Shown in pieces: positions 63,480 to 64,000 of a stretch of DNA of 64,000 nt. The first letter of the stretch is position 1. Every line of letters begins with the position of its first letter. The notes under the pieces are model-generated. The model was not told the DNA's origin and made no database searches. It was given only the letters and a program-made list of their open reading frames with translations. Source of the DNA: Eledone cirrhosa (Eukaryota); NCBI GenBank assembly GCA_964016885.1, contig OZ024750.1, positions 36,146,001 to 36,210,000 on the forward strand, given 5' to 3'. A program made the translations under genes and the position numbers.

Positions 63480-63750
63480 ATCCAGTTCTAAATAAATGAG
63501 GTCATGTAGGTGTCACGACAAAAAAAAACACACAGTCCACGCTGTAATGTGGCCGTGTAGGTAACACAGTAAAAACCTCCCAGTCCACCACTGTAAATGT
63601 GGTTGATGTTAGGAAGGGCATCCAGCCGTAGAAAACCTGCCAGACAGTCCCATACGAGCGAGACGACCAATCTTACCTCAAGTGGGACAATTCCTGTCTA
63701 AACCCATGCTAGCATGGAAGATAGACATTAAACGATGATGATGATGATGA
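63480..63750 (+). mobile_element. SINE family D 3' part
   Basis: Matches 5718-5972. Confidence 0.82.
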
Positions 63751-64000
63751 ATAAATTAAGGTAAAGAAACATCCCTCGTTTCCTACAACATGGTTATTTT
63801 CCATCCAGTTCGCATATATCCTTGGATATCTTTATATTCTCATACACCTCACTGGGCTTCAACCAGGCCTGGGGTGTTTGATGGTTTTTTATGAAACATT
63901 TTTCCAGCTCCATTGATAAGTGATTATTATTTATACAATTTGGTTTCACAAGCTGGAACATTCAAACAAACTCTACTACAACATTCTGAGTTTTCTTTTT

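Overview
AT-rich, repeat-saturated animal genomic DNA; the SINE repertoire looks octopod cephalopod, which is recognition only and was not searched. No intact protein-coding gene can be supported: the ORF track is almost entirely microsatellite translation and decayed transposons. The window holds three or four tRNA-derived SINE families (more than 30 copies), RTE, CR1, R4/Dong and Tx1 LINE fragments, a Penelope-like GIY-YIG fossil, a deleted Ty3/Gypsy element, two Helitron-type elements, TTAA-flanked MITEs and at least eight unrelated mini/satellite arrays. The most interesting signal is a set of about 9 dispersed minimal type I hammerhead ribozyme motifs on both strands. Three have complete cores (26531-26603 +, 52756-52847 -, 58075-58135 -). 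They belong to short Penelope-type terminal modules that often share the layout hammerhead, GAGTRC box, (TA)n, and two are caught in inverted duplications. The window also shows the RTE LINE 3' end that donates the tail of the main CORE-type SINE, and a CpG-rich promoter-like island near 57.1-57.4 kb.
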